Assembly: GCF_009914755.1 (NCBI RefSeq)
Contig: NC_060940.1
Length of the DNA: 64,000 bases
Source: the human T2T-CHM13v2.0 reference genome, Homo sapiens
Direction: 5' to 3' (one strand)
Under the pieces are notes generated by a model that did no database searches, was not told where the DNA came from, and worked only from the letters and a program-made list of their open reading frames with translations. Shown piece by piece: positions 32,018 to 43,919 of the stretch. Position numbers and translations under genes: made by a program. How positions within the stretch are numbered: the stretch's first letter is position 1; each line of letters opens with the position of its first letter.

Positions 32018-32467
32018 TTTCATGTGTGTCCGTGTGAAGAGACCACCAAACAGGCTTTGTGTGAGCAATAAAGCTTTTAATCACCTGGGTGCAGGTGGGC
32101 TGAGTCCGAAAAGAGAGTCAGTGAAGGGAGATAGGGGTGGGGCCATTTTATAAGATTTGGGTAGGTAAAGCAAAATTACAGTCAAAGGGGGTTTGTTCTC
32201 TGGTGGGCAGGAGTGGGGGTCATAAAGTGCTCAGTGGGGGAGCTTTTTGAGCCAGGATGAGCCAGGAAAAGGACTTTCACAAAGTAATGTCATCATTTAA
32301 GGCAAGGACCGGCCATTTACATTTCTTTTGTGGTGGAATGTCATCAGTTAAGGCGGGGCAGGGCATTTCACTTCTTTTGTGATTCTTCAGTTACTTCAGG
32401 CCATCTGGGCATATACGTGCAAGTCACAGGGGATGCGATGGCTTGGCTTGGGCTCAGAGGCCTGACA
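32018..32467 (-). mobile_element. HERV-H 3' LTR (LTR7), 450 bp
   Basis: Reverse complement begins TGTCAGGCCTCTGAGCCCAAGCC and ends CATGAAA; ATTAAA polyA signal. Confidence 0.96.
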
Positions 32468-32630
32468 TTCCTACCTTCTTATATTAATAAGAAAAATAAA
32501 ACAAAATAGTGTTGAAGTGTGGGGGCGGCGAAAATGTTTGGGGGGTGGTATGGAGAGAGAGAATGGGCGATGTTTCTCAGGGCTGCTTTGAGTGGGATTG
32601 GGGCGGCGTGGGAACCTAGAGTGAGAGAGA

Positions 32631-33120
32631 TTAAGCTGAAGGAACATTTCGTGGTAAGGGGTGATATTGTGGGGTTTTTAGAAGAAACATTTGTCGTGTA
32701 GAATTATTGGTGATGGCCTGGATACGGTTTTGTATAAATTGAAAAACTAAATGGAATAAGAGAAGGAGAAAAACAGGTATAAAAGGTCTAAGAATTGGGA
32801 GGACCCAGGACATCTGATTAGAGAGTGCCTAAGGAGATTCAGCATAGTCCTGCCAGCAAAGATTATTTATTTACTTCAAGAATTTAGAGTGGCAGTTTGG
32901 GGATAGCACCAGGAGATATCAGCTGTGATGGCTTGGAGAAACAGTGTAAACAAGAGCAGGGCATGTATGAGTAGTTGAGAACGGTGAATAGTACTATGAC
33001 TAGACAGAAGATGGTAGGGATGACAAGTTTTTTGGGGCACAGTCTAAGTTGGTCTGGCGTCTGGAATGAGACTGGGGCCTAATAAAAGGGAGCGTCTATA
33101 CAGGAGCTTAAATGGGCTGT
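32631..33120 (-). pseudogene. env: HERV-H env remnant (TM C-terminal part only)
   Basis: ORF 32631..32813 'MSWVLPILRPFIPVFLLLLF...IQNRIQAITN' resembles a TM anchor and cytoplasmic tail; SU is absent. Confidence 0.75.
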
Positions 33121-35400
33121 ACCTTGTAGCATTCTGAGGACAGGCCTGAATTCTGAGAAGCGAAAGTGGTAAAAGTATTGTCCAGTCCTTTTTAAGTTGG
33201 TGGCTGAGCTTGGTGAGTTGTGTTTTTAAAAGACCATTAGTGTGTTCTACCTTTCCTGAAGACTGAGGACTGTAAGGGATATAAAGGTTTCACTGAATAC
33301 TAAGAGCCTGAAAAGCTGCTTGGCTGATTTGACTAATAAAGGCTGGTCCGTTATCAGACTGTATAGAGGTGGGAAGGCTAAACTGAGGAATTATGTCTGA
33401 CAGAAGGGAAGAAATGACTGCGGTGGCCTTCTCAGACCCTGTAGGAAAGGCCTCTATCCATCCAGTGAAAGTGTCTACCCAGACTAAGAGATATTTTAGT
33501 TTTCTGACTGGAGACATGTGAGTAAAGTCAATTTGCCAGTCCTGGGTAGGGACAAATCCCCGAGCTTGATGTGTAGGAAAGGGAGGAGGCCTAAACAATC
33601 CATGAGGGGTAGTAGAATAGCAGATGGAACACTGAGAAGTGATCTCCTTGAGGATAGATTTCCATGATGGAAAGGAAATGAGACGTTCTAAGAGACGGGC
33701 TAGCAGCTTGTAACCTACATGGAAGAAGTTATGAAATGACAACAGAATAGAATGGACCTGTGAGGCTGGCAGGAGATATATTCCTTGGTCTAAGAACTAT
33801 TTGCCTTGTGTGGGAAGAGATTGATAGGTGGAAGTTTCAGCAGGGGAGTAGGTGGGAGTGACCAATGTGAAGGAGAAAAACTGGCCGTGAGGGACAGAAG
33901 TTGGAGAGCTAGCTGCTTGTCTAGCCACCTTATCAGCATAAGCGTTGCCTAGAGCAATGGGATCTGATGCCTTTTGATGCCCCTTGCAGTGAATGACCCC
34001 AGCTTCCTTTGGAAGTAAAGCGGCCTTGAGTAGAGTTTTTATTAAAGAGGCATTAATGATGGAGGACCCTTGTGTAGTGAGAAAACCTCTTTCAGCCCAT
34101 ATGACCACATGGTGGTGCAGAATATGAAAGGCATATTTAGAATCAGTATAGATATTGACGCGTAGTCCTTTGCAAGAGTGAGAGCTTGAGTTAAGGCAAC
34201 TAGTTCGGCTTGCTGAGAGGTAGTGGAGGGGGGCAGAGTGGTAGCCTCAATGATAGATGTGGAAGATACTATAGCATAGCCTGCCTTTGCTGGTGAGTGG
34301 CGATTAGGCCTGGTGGAACTGCCATCAATAAACCAAGTGTGATCAGGGTGAGAAACAGGGAAGAAGGAAATGTGGGGAAATGGGGTGAACATCAGGTGGA
34401 TCAGAGAGATGCAGTCATGAGGGTCAGGTGTGGTATCCGGAATAATGTGGGAGGCCGGATTGAAGTCCGGGCCAGGAACAATGGTAATTGTGGGAGACTC
34501 AACAAAGAGTGAATACAGCTGAAGGAGCCGGGAAGCAGAAAGCATATGCGTCAGGTATGAGTAAGAAAATAGATTTTGGAAGTTATGAGAACTGTAGAGA
34601 GTGAGTTGAGTATAGTTTGTGATTTTGAGGGCCTCTAAAAGTATTAAAGCAGCGGCAGCCACTGCACGCAGACATGAGGACTAGGCTAAAACAGTAAGGT
34701 CAAGTTGTTTGGACAGAAAGGCTACAGGGTGTGGTCCTGGCTCTTGTGTAAGAATTCTGACCACGCTAACCATGCCTAGGAAGGAAAGGAGTTGTTGTTT
34801 TGTAGAAGGTGCTGGGGTTTGAGAGATCAGTCGGACACGATTGGCAGGGAGAGCACGTGTGTTTTTATGAGAATTATGCCGAGATAGGTAACAGATGAGG
34901 AAGAAATTTGGGCTTGACTGAAGTAATGGGGGCTGTCTGTGAAGCTTTGCGGCAGTACAGCCCAGGTAATTTGCTGAGCTTGATGGGTGTCAGGGTCAGT
35001 CCAAGTGAAAGTGAAGAGAGGCTGGGATTAAGGGTGCAAAGGAATAGTAAAGAAAGCATGTTTGAGATCCAGAACAGAATAATGGGTTGTAGAGGCAGGT
35101 AGTGAGGATAGGAGAGTATACGGGTTTGGCACCACAGGGTGGATAGGCAAAACAATTTGACTGATAAGGCACAGATCCTGAACTAACCTGTAAGGCTTGT
35201 CTGGTTTTAGGACGGGTGAAATGGGGGAATTGTAAGGAGAGTTTATAGGTTTTAGAAGCCTATGCTGTAGCAGGCGAGTGATAACAGGCTTTAATCCTTT
35301 TAAAGCATGCTGTGGGATGGGATCTTGGCATTGCGCGGGGTAAGGGTGATTAGGTTTTAATGGGATGGTAAGGGGTGCATGATCGGTCACTAAGGAGGGA
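33120..35400 (-). pseudogene. pol: HERV-H pol (RT-RNaseH-IN), frameshifted; RT YxDD region deleted
   Basis: 'PYRLVQDL','VLDLKHAFFTIPLHP','WFIDGSS...SQQAELVAL','HCKGHQ..GNAYAD','WQIDFTHM..VDTFTGWIEAF..SDNGPAF'; reading jumps from 'SPHYFSQA' to 'QISSSSVTYLG' near 34905. Confidence 0.93.
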
Positions 35401-35572
35401 GTAGTAGTAGTCTTATACTTGTGAGTCTTATACTTGTCTTATACTTGTGAGTTAAGGTGGGGAGATATAAGGGGAGGATGTGAAGGAGGCTTTGAACTGG
35501 GGGAAAAGGTGGCAGTGAGGTGCAGCTGTAGCCTAGAATAGTCAGGGAAGCAGATAATTTAGTTAAAGTGTC

Positions 35573-35830
35573 TCAGCCTAATAAGGGAACTGGGCAGGTG
35601 GGGATAACTAAAAGGGAGTGCTTAAAAGAGTAATGTCTAAATTGGCACCAGAGTTGGGGAGTTTTAAGAGGTTTAGAAGCCTGGCCGTCAATACCCACAG
35701 CAGTTATGGAGGCAAGGGAAACAGGCCCTTGAAAAGAAGGTAATGTGGAGTGGGTAGCCTCCGTATTGATTAAGAAGGGGACGGACTTACCCTCCACTGT
35801 GAGAGTTATCCAGAGCATCTGTGATGGTTC
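35573..35830 (-). pseudogene. pro: HERV-H protease, degenerate
   Basis: 'FLINTEATHSTL' (degenerate DTGA motif) and 'CPVPLLG'. Confidence 0.85.
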
Positions 35831-35972
35831 TGTTGGCTTCTGAGGCGATTGGGCGGTGTCAGTCTTCTGCTGCTAAGCCGAGAAGATCTGGGAAGGAGTC
35901 AGTCAGAGAGCCTTGGGCCAGAGTCCCAGCGACTCTGGCAGTGGCTGCCAGGTGAGTTGAACAGTCCGATTT

Positions 35973-37458
35973 TCAGTGGGGTCCCACACAGATGGGACGT
36001 GGCTTAGAAGGAATCCCGGGCTGCGGGCATTCCTTGGCCTGGTGGCTAGATTTCTGGCACTTGTAGCAATCTCCTGGGGGAGGAGGTTCTGGAGGAACGC
36101 CTGGCTGCTGCGGTTCAGGCGTTTGGAAGTTCTCGTGTGCTGGAGATGTGGCTGGGGTTTGTCTCACAGTGGAGGCAAGTAATTGTAACTCAGAAATGCA
36201 TTGCCGTCTGGCTGCTTCCTCTCTATTATTGTACACGTTGAAGGCAAGGTTGATTAATTCCTGTTGTGGGGTTTGAGGGCCAGATTCTAATTTTTGAAGT
36301 TTTTTCCTAATGTCAGGAGTGGATTGGGTGATAAAATGCATACTAAGAATAAGGCGGCCTTCTGGCCCCTCTGGGTCTAGGGTGGTATAGCATCTAATGG
36401 TTGCTGCTAAGCGGGCCATGAACTGGGCTGGGTTTTCATCTTTACCTTGGGTAGTTTTTTTAAGTTTGTCATAATTAACAGCTTTGTAAGCTGCTTTTTT
36501 AAGCCCTTCAACTAGGCAGGAAACCATGTAATCTCACCTAGCTATACCTGGGGAATTTGCCTGGTAGTTCCACTGGGGGATCCTCTCGGGGAACTGCTCT
36601 AATGCCTTCCTGGAGGTCTGGCTCATGAAGCCGACGGTTATCAGCGTGAGATTGGGATACAGGAAAAACTCTTTCCCGTTCATCTGGGGAGAGGGTAGAA
36701 GTCAGGATGACATTTAGGTCACTCCAGGTTAAGTTGTAGGACAGAGTTAGATATCGGAATTCCTGTATATATTTAGTGGGGTCTGATGAGAAAGAGCCTA
36801 AATGCTGACTGATCTGAGAGAGGTCTGATAGAGAAAAAGGTACATGTGCGTTGACTATGCCTTCAGCTCCAGCCACCTCTCTAAGAGGAAATTGTTGGGC
36901 AGGTGGGGAAGAGCTAGTTGCGGAACTAAACTGTAAGCCGGACCGGGTGTGAGGAGGGGAGGTGGTAGGAGGATTATAGGGTGGAGGAGTGGAGGCTGAG
37001 GAAGAATTGGGACTTAGCTCGGCCTGGCGATGAGCAGGCTGGGGAGGAGGGGAAAGGTCAGATGGGTCTGTAGAAAAGGAAGACTGGAAAGACTCAGCGA
37101 CACTTGGGGTTGGGACTGCGGGGACAGGCGGGAGGGAAAGAAGGAGGATCTGGGAGGAATCGCATTGGGAACAGAGGCTAGGGATGGAACGAAGTGTGAA
37201 AAATGCCTGGACGTAAGATACCTCAGACCATTTGCCCATTTTTCGACAAAAATTATTTAGGTCTTGTAGGATGGAGAAATCAAAAATGCCGTTTTCTGGC
37301 CATTTAGAGCTATTGTCAAGTTTGTATTGGGGCCAAGCAGTGTTGCAGAAGAAAATAAGGCATTTAGGTTTTAGGTCAGGTGTGAGTTGACGAGGTTTTA
37401 AGTTCTTGAGGACACAGGCTAAAGGAGAAGGAGAAATGGAGGGTGGAAGGTTGCCCAT
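35973..37458 (-). pseudogene. gag: HERV-H gag: open MA-CA frame 37458-36538, then a frameshift and stop before CA-CTD/NC
   Basis: 'MGNLPPS','FFCNTAWPQYKL','PPPY' late motif, 'VPFSLSDL', MHR-like 'QGKDENPAQF', zinc knuckle CYKCQKSSHQAKEC. Confidence 0.93.
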
Positions 37459-37539
37459 AGTGAAGGAGGCAAACCCAGAGAAAAGAGAGCGTAGAGACAC
37501 GGAGGGAAGGGGTTCGGGGGTTCTTACCCTCCAGAAAAG

Positions 37540-37700
37540 CAGGAAGGGGGGTCGGGGCATGGAAATAAGGGATTGGGGCACAGAGATAAGAGGTTGGGGT
37601 GTGGAAATAAGGGATTGGGGCACAGAGATAAGAGGTCTGGGTGTGGAAATAAGGGATTGGGGTGCAGAGATAAGGTTGGGGTGCAGAAATAAGGGATTGG
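37540..37700. repeat. HERV-H leader tandem repeats (~21/42-bp units GGAAATAAGGGATTGGGG / CAGAGATAAGAGG)
   Basis: Direct reading; gives 'EIRDWG' repeated ORFs. Confidence 0.85.
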
Positions 37701-38289
37701 GGGTTCTTGCCCCGTAGAAAAGCGGGACTTGCTGCTAAGGGTGAAGGAGAAGGGGTTGAGGGGTACTTGCCCCTCCCCCAGAAAAGCAGAGAAGGGGTAG
37801 AGACAAGGAGAGAAGGAGTTTGGGTACTTGCCCCTTCCTCAGAAAAGCAAGACTTGCCACTAAGGGTGAAGGACCAAGGCAGGCGTCCCTGCGTGGTCTG
37901 ACACCTCTGAAACGTGGGTGAATGATCAGAGAGGCGTCCCTGCAATGATGAAACACCAAGGGAAGGCTGCCTTCCCAGTCCGTGACGGGCACCTGAGTTT
38001 TGGGTCCACGGATAAAACGTGTCTCCTTTGTCTCTACCAGAAAATGAAAGGAATTGAAATCAAGAGAAGGGAGAGATTGAAGTGTGGCACCAAGATTGAA
38101 AGGAGAAAGAGGTTGAGGGATAGTGAGGGAGGTTGGAGAAGACAGTAAAAAGAGGCCGCTTACAGGATTTGAAATTGGTGAGATGTTTCTTGGGCTGGTT
38201 GGTCTGAGGACCTGAGGTCGTAGGTGGATCTTCCTCATGGAGCAAAAAACAGGAGGACAGGGGATTGATCTCCCAAGGGAGGTCCCCCG

Positions 38290-38307
38290 ATACGAGTCAC
38301 CGCACCA
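38290..38307 (-). promoter_or_regulatory. Primer-binding site, tRNA-His
   Basis: TGGTGCGGTGACTCGTAT versus His PBS TGGTGCCGTGACTCGGAT (16/18), 2 nt downstream of the 5' LTR. Confidence 0.92.
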
Positions 38308-38309
38308 AA

Positions 38310-38791
38310 TTTCATGTGTGTCCATGTGAAGAGACCACCAAACAGGCTTTGTGTGAGCAATAAAGCTTTTAATCACCTGGGTGCAGGTGGGCTGAGTCCG
38401 AAAAGAGAGTCAGCAAAGGGAGATAGGGGTGGGGCCATTTTATAAGATTTGGGTAGGTAAAGCAAAATTACAGTCAAAGGGGGTTTGTTTTCTGGCGGGT
38501 AGGAGTGGGGGTCGCAAGGTGCTCAGTGGGCAGGAGTGGGGGTCGCAAGGTGCTCAGTGGGGGTGCTTTTTGAGCCAGGATGAGCCAGGAAAAGGACTTT
38601 CACAAGGTAATGTCATCACTTAAGGCAAGGACTGGCCATTTACATTTCTTTTGTGGTGGAATGTCATCAGTTAAGGCGGGGCAGGGCATTTTCACTTCTT
38701 TTGTGATTCTTCAGTTACTTCAGGCCATCTGGGCATATACGTGCAAGTCACAGGGGATGCGATGGCTTGGCTTGGGCTCAGAGGCCTGACA
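38310..38791 (-). promoter_or_regulatory. HERV-H 5' LTR (LTR7, LTR7up-like) promoter, 482 bp
   Basis: TATAAAA at 38444-38438, GC/GT box CCCCACCCC just downstream, ACAAAAGA SOX-type motif at 38654-38647, 31-bp internal duplication. Confidence 0.93.
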
Positions 38792-38934
38792 CTTGGGACA
38801 TGATAAGTGTTTAATAAATAAGTTTTCCTCTGAATTTGTGTTATAGGGAAGGGGGAATAATAGGAGGTCAAACACGAAAGATTGGAGTGTAGATTCCTTT
38901 CTGTTTTATGCATTCCCATCACTGCTATTGGGCT

Positions 38935-39173
38935 TAATGGCCAGAGCAGGAGGAGGACAGAGGGAGAGAGAGAGAGTGGGGAGGGGCTACACACTTTTAA
39001 ACAAGCAGATCTTGAGTGAGCAGTTACTCACTATCACGAGAGCAGCACCCAGGGGGAAATCTGCCCTCATGATCCAATTGCTTCCCACAAGGCCCCAATA
39101 TTGGGGATTACAATTCAACATGAGATTTGGGGGCCGGGTGGGGGTGGGGGGACACAGATCCAAACCATATCAT
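38935..39173 (-). mobile_element. MST-type MaLR LTR fragment
   Basis: 'cacacttttaaacaagcagatctt...gattacaattcaacatgagatttgg...acagatccaaaccatatca'. Confidence 0.82.
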
Positions 39174-39190
39174 CATCGTTATATCCATAA

Positions 39191-39247
39191 TAGCACTGAT
39201 CATCTAGCAGATAGTTAGCACTGATCATCTAGCAGATAGTTAGCACT
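39191..39247. repeat. Perfect 25-bp tandem duplication (2.3 copies)
   Basis: TAGCACTGATCATCTAGCAGATAGT x2 plus TAGCACT. Confidence 0.95.
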
Positions 39248-39318
39248 TAAAAACAAAATGTTAGAAAGCCCAAGTTGAAAAAAATATAATAGTTCCAATG
39301 TTCAAAAAGAAGACACAG

Positions 39319-39661
<343 letters not shown>

Positions 39662-41328
39662 TCATCTACTCTTAAGTGTGTCCCCCATAGCCTGCTATTA
39701 CGTCTCATATTTCTGCCATTAGCATGATCCATTGGGGTCCTTAGACTTGGATCTGTAACAGCCCGTGGCATTGGACTGCCTCAGCTGGAAAGAGATTTGC
39801 CAATGTACCCTTTACTCATTTAGCCTGCTACCACTATCACTGCTCAATTCAACCAGGCTTTGCTAGATTCATGGTGGACATTATATTTGAAGTGAGGTGT
39901 AGGATCGGAGGTTGACCCAATCCTTAAAGAACTTATAAAGAAATTTTAGAAAAATTTCTAAATAGCGGGCAGGACCTGGAGAATGGGATAGAAGACTGAT
40001 AAGTTTGGAAGGAAGAAATAATAATAACAGACAATAATGATAAACTGTTTTCTGGGTACCCAGCTGCACAAACATCAATCTGTGAGGTTTAATCCTTAAA
40101 ATAGCCCTTGCAAGGGCTGGAAATGAGAATCCCGTTTTATAATAGATTGGAAAGGATTTCCGTTGCTCCAGCACTAGATGGGTCCTGGTAGGAGGTATTA
40201 TCAGGACTTAAATAATGGAGAAGCAAGAGGACAGAGAAAATGACACCATTCAAGTTTTCCAGGAGATGGTTCTGTTATTAATCCTGACTCTGTCACCACT
40301 AGCTGTGTGACTGTCAGAAACTTGCTTGACGTCCCTGTGCCCAAGAGCCCTTGGCTGTAAGAGAGGTCTTATGAGTACTTCTCCCAAGGGGAGAGGCACA
40401 AGGTGGGTCCCCAGCATCATTGTTTCCCCTTTTCCTTCCTTTTCTCAAAGTGAGAAGAGCAGCAGCAGAAGCACAGACACTGAACAGTATCCCTGCTAAA
40501 AATTAAGAAAATCATGAATGAATGGAAAATGACTTTTAAAATTCACCTTTAAGCCAATGTTCAAGTAATGTTTAAGTCATTTTCTGGGCCAACCAATAGC
40601 ACTGATTAGAATTGGGAATGGAAGGCAGAAAGTTTTATAAAACACAAACTATTTAACTCTATTAAAAACCCCTATGTTCCTTTTTTTTTTATGCAGAGAA
40701 ATTAAGTCCAACAGTTGGACGTTAATACATGATCAAAGCTGGGCTCCAGCAACTTGGGGTATTGGAATTGAAAACTTTGCAAACTGCAGAAAGTTTACAC
40801 CGCAGCAAAGCCATTCTTCTCGCCTCTAGCAACACACAAGTATGTGTGCATGATTGTTTGGGGACTTGGCAGCAAAGAGCAGTGGAAATAATTCTTTGGA
40901 AACGAAGAGAATCAGCAAAACATGAGGGAAAAAAAACAGACAAAAGAAGAGAGCAAACAGAACAAGAGAAAGACGTTTGGGGATGGGTCGATTTTCTCTG
41001 CCTCATGCGGTTTTGGTGGCTTGCAGTAAATGAGTTTCTAATGATGTTTTTATAGAGCTGTTTTTATTTAGTGAGGCTGACACAGCTCCTGTTGCTTCTT
41101 GTGCTGTGTCCTGGGGAACCAGATGAAAGCAGGAGGGAGAAGTCTTGAAGCTGGGGTTGCTGGTCTCCTTGTCCTTTTGGGAAGGACCCCGGCCATTAAC
41201 TCTTCGCTTTGCCACTCCCTGCATCGAGCATTCAATGAGTCCGTACTACATGCCCACAACTCTGACCTTTGAGTATCACAGTCTTATGTGGGAGAGAAAC
41301 ACAGACAGTGATAACTCTGTGATAATTC

Positions 41329-41958
41329 TGATACAGGGGCTAGAAAGAAATTATTCAGGCAGATAGTGAGGGTAAAGGAGTCCTCAGGAAGGCTTCCCTT
41401 TTAACAAAATGCAGCCCCCAAATCATTTCTTTTCTACCAAAGAGCAGCCTGAAAAATCAAGCTGCAAATATGCAAGCTGGAACCTGGCATAGGTGAATGC
41501 CGGCAGCTGGACCAATAGGAAAGGGCTACCTGGGAGCCAGGTGTGTTCAATATGGAGTCTCTATCTCCCCTTTTCTTTGTCACCATGTGTACAGTAAAAA
41601 AGCAGGCAGCATGGCACTGGCGAGGCAGAGAACCCACCTGCATAATAAAATATAAGGGTGAGTGGCCAGCTTCTTCACACACTATGCAAATGACACACCC
41701 AGTCTTAATCAGTTCTTCGCATGCTATGCAAATTGCACACCTGGTCTGACCAATCTTTTATGCCCTATGTAAATCAGAGACCACCTTCTCAGGCTTATCT
41801 ATAAAACCTCCTGCACTTCACCACGGGGCTGGAGGACCGGCTCAGGACCCCCTCTCTCTGCAGGAGAGAGCTTTTCTCTTTCTTTCGCCTATTAAACCTC
41901 CACTCTTAACCTCACTCCTTCTATGTCTGTGTTCCTGATTTCCCTGGCATGGGAAACG
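41329..41958 (+). mobile_element. ERV1 solo LTR (LTR9-family-like) with three octamer or octamer-like motifs
   Basis: Starts TGATACAGG..AGAAAGAAATTATT.AGGCAGATAGTGAGGG; ATGCAAAT at 41684 and 41726, ATGTAAAT at 41767; TATAAAA ~41800; ATTAAA ~41891. Confidence 0.78.
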
Positions 41959-42245
41959 TCCCCACCTTTGAGAGGAAAAGGCAAGAGAAGACTTCTTGGA
42001 GGAGGTGATGCCTGTACTGAGTCTTGAAGAATGAGCAGGAGAACTCAGGAAAAGAAGGCACAACAGGGCTTTGAGGCTTTGGAGCCTCAAAAGGGCTTTG
42101 AAGGGAAGGTGTGAGCAGAGAACTGCCAGAAAGCACATTTTAGTCCAGAGACGTTCAAGTCATTGGATTTAAGTGGAGAATTTCAGAGGCAAGTGATGGG
42201 AGATGATAATGACAACCCTATTGAGAGCACTTACTGTGTGCCAAG

Positions 42246-42448
42246 GGTTTTCTATCAGGGGTGATTTTGTGTCTCCTCCAGGGGATATTTGCCAATATCT
42301 GGATCATTTCTGGTTGTCACAGCTGTGGTAGGAGGGAATGCTACTGTCATCTAGGGGTAAAGGTCAGGGATGCTTCTAAACATCCCACAGTGCACAGGAC
42401 TCTTCCTCTCCCAGGGCCAATGGTGCTGAGCTGGAGAAGCTGTGCTAT
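42246..42448 (+). mobile_element. MER20 DNA-transposon MITE
   Basis: 'ggggtgattttg...ccaggggatatttgccaatatctgga...ggttgtcac...ggtcagggatgcttctaaacatcccacagtgcacaggac'. Confidence 0.85.
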
Positions 42449-43382
42449 GTGTACACCTTGGGCCGATCACCTTATAAACTTGAAACCACTTTATCCTCAT
42501 AAGTCTGTGAGATAGTGGTTTCAGCCCTTGTCTCAGACAAGGAAAATGAGGCTCTGACAGGCTAAGCCACTTAAAATCAAAGAGCTAGCAAGAGACAGTG
42601 TGGATTTGAACTCAGCCAGCCAATCTCCAGCTCCCTGACATTAATGACTGCAGGAGAGAAATCCATTGTCCATGTGGTGAAGGTTTTTAGATGCTAAGTT
42701 ACAAAGTTTGGGCTTATACGTGTTGTGCAACAGCAACACCTGAATATCTTTCATCTGCAGATTTTTCATTTCCTCATTCACTGGGCACTTTCACCCAAAG
42801 AACCAAATATTGGAGTCAAATTAAATTGCTGTCTGTAAGCAGAAAGACAAAGCAAAGGATTTTCCAATGCACTCATCATATTATCTCCCTGTCTTTCCAT
42901 GTCAGAGAAGCTCTGGCCTACTATTAAATACAATTGCAAGAACAACTGACCTGGTTTATTCCGAAACAGGCGTATAATATAATGAAGTCTCCTCATATGG
43001 CTTCTGATTTTCCCTCCTCTGCAGTAGGAATGCCGAACCCTCGCGTGGCCTGTTCTTAAGTGACTTCCTTGAAACTCTAATCATGTGCACGATTCCTCTG
43101 CAGTTCCATGTGGAGGTGCAGTATTCTCAACGCATGCTTGTCAGTTCTAGTTTTCCTCTGAAAGAAGGCACAGAGGCCGGCTTCCCTGAGCTTCATGGGC
43201 TGCTGCAGGGCAGAGAAGCGGAAGCTGGCCTCGGCCTCACAGCAGCAGAGTGGAGCTATGTGTTTGCAAGCAGACCTCAGAAAACCGGAGCTTAAGAAAG
43301 TGATCACCTCTGGCTGCAGCCCTTAACTGGGTGCAGACTACAGACTACAGAACAGGACCAGCACATGCTGACACATCCCTAG

Positions 43383-43919
<537 letters not shown>

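Larger units (their letters stand above)
32018..38791 (-). mobile_element. HERV-H provirus, two LTRs, 6.77 kb, inserted in a MIR
   Basis: Two near-identical LTR7s, TSD CTTGG (32013-32017, 38792-38796), His-tRNA PBS, gag/pro/pol/env remnants in order; MIR halves on both sides. Confidence 0.97.

Noticed and set aside
37376-38376. 189-aa and 213-aa ORFs in the HERV-H leader
   Set aside because: Pro/Ser-rich frames arising from the C/T-rich leader and its tandem repeats; no evidence of a distinct product from sequence alone.
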